In this document: one piece after another, positions 63,701 through 64,000 of the stretch
How positions within the stretch are numbered: position 1 is the first letter of the stretch
Layout of the letters: each line of letters starts with the position of its first letter
Assembly (NCBI GenBank): GCA_051362555.1
Contig: CM120648.1
Span: 10,598,587-10,662,586 of the forward strand
Direction: 5' to 3'
DNA from: Lingula anatina
Lineage: Eukaryota; Animalia; Brachiopoda
DNA length: 64,000 bases
Made by a program: the position numbers and the translations under genes
The notes under the pieces: model-generated
What the model was told of the DNA's origin: nothing
The model's database searches: none
What the model saw: the letters and a program-made list of their open reading frames with translations, nothing else

Positions 63701-64000
63701 ACCTCCAATATCATCAAGGAGTTCTTCAGTCCGTGGTAATGCAAAGGCATCCTTCACAGTACGTTGATTCAGCTGTCTATAGTCAACACACAATCTCAGA
63801 CTACCATCTTTCTTCTTTACAAGTACAATATTTGAAGCCCAAGGACTTTGGCTTTTTCTTATTACACCGGAGTTAAGAAGTTGTCTGATGTGATTTCTTA
63901 CCTCTTGGTACATAGAGGGTGGAATCCTCCTATGTCTCTGCTTAAAAGGCTCATGATTTGACAAGACTATCCTGTGTTTAACCAAACTGGTGAAACCTAC
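60740..64000 (-). CDS. pol: Ty3/Gypsy pol polyprotein (RT, RNase H, integrase); partial, 5' part beyond the window
   Basis: More than 1080 uninterrupted codons with LDMKSGYHQV, YLDD, TDACQTGLGAVL, HHCC (HNDVGH..CERC), MDF, HSDQGTNFES and ERLNRTL in RT-RH-INT order. Confidence 0.97.
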   Translation of the reverse strand, partial: VGFTSLVKHRIVLSNHEPFKQRHRRIPPSMYQEVRNHIRQLLNSGVIRKSQSPWASNIVLVKKKDGSLRLCVDYRQLNQRTVKDAFALPRTEELLDDIGGKLFYSVLDMKSGYHQVPIEEAHKQYTAFTVGPLGLYEYNKLPFGLCNAPATYQRMMEETLDGIHDSGERFCHIYLDDVIVASKSFSEHLDHLSLVFERFRQAGLKLSPKKCKLFQEKVCFIGYIVSSRGIEADPAKIEKVKNWPVPKTADELRIFLGFTGYYRKFVKDYSKIARPLYNLLTDPVDAKTVKKRKGKKSPKQNACWQWKDDEQLAFDTLKGILSSPPVLAYPDFSKPFFLHTDACQTGLGAVLYQENEGKERVISFASRGLTKGERNYPVHKLEFLALKWAVTKKFHDYLYGNTFVVYTDNNPLTYVLTTAKLDATGHRWIAALSNYDFTIRYRAGKANADADGLSRKPQNSEGEYDEISKDVIRSICQKTDTGYLESICMSAQIVDEQVLDSSDFTPVDWRSEQMKDEVVSFFLKGVENKQKPVVSELQEGEMKAFCKEFPRLEVRNGILYRKAEIAGETRFQLVLPKSHRATAMKGVHNDVGHLGKERGMLNLRQRFYWPRMAVDLENWIRTCERCLKRKSPSNSKAPLVNIQSTQPLELVCMDFLTLESSKGGYQNILVITDHFTKFAVAIPTKNQTAKTTANTFLQNFVYYFGFPKRIHSDQGTNFESKMIKEICQLSGMEKSRTTSYHPMGNGITERLNRTLLDMLGTLEPDQKIDWKKYVAPLIHAYNSTVHETTGFTPYELMFGRKPRLAIDVVFGLTPDNQSFSDYCEYVDNLRERLLQAYRLAQSKTEISQTQQKKQYDKRARGSVLEVGDRVLVKVVAFQGKHKIADRWEQDAYIVRAQPNHDIPVYVVEKENKLGEKRVLHRNLLLPISQLPISEKTTIERPKPRERKSLRLRNQMREKRVRVRKDSSSSSSSVDEEDEYVFVGDSVDRELKENAGRNDSETEHTVEEVAAPDTVETAEQESVASESLVSDGTEDQISRDVRKVPVPVPRTPIPIPRRSTRHRKPPDYLVMSQVAGICEDILRLMSN

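Noticed and set aside
60841-63876. Plus-strand ORFs within Gypsy pol (and 10313-11168 within Tc1)
   Set aside because: Antisense shadows of real coding frames.

Overview
AT-rich, repeat-dense animal genomic DNA with spliceosomal signals, microsatellites and eukaryotic transposons; the transposon mix suggests a marine invertebrate, but the species cannot be determined. The backbone is a tandemly amplified, partly decayed gene cluster. (1) A minus-strand family of 122-aa CARD-like single-domain proteins: three intact ORFs at 2433-2801, 21352-21720 and 30157-30525, one truncated by the window edge, one knocked out by a Tc1 insertion, plus fragments. Copies 1-3 share a non-coding first exon and an intron carrying an NF-kB site. 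(2) Interleaved frameshifted beta-rich pseudogenes, mostly on the plus strand, whose hand-reconstructed motifs resemble the US22/SUKH family. (3) An intronless BIR (IAP) pseudogene. Overlaid mobile DNA: a Tc1 DD34E element, two Penelope-like fragments, three THAP-bearing ISL2EU/Harbinger-like elements with AT target duplications, two near-identical 3.35-kb P-like elements with different 7-bp target duplications, several MITEs, and the 3' half of an apparently intact Ty3/Gypsy element. All family assignments come from reading motifs by eye, not from database searches.
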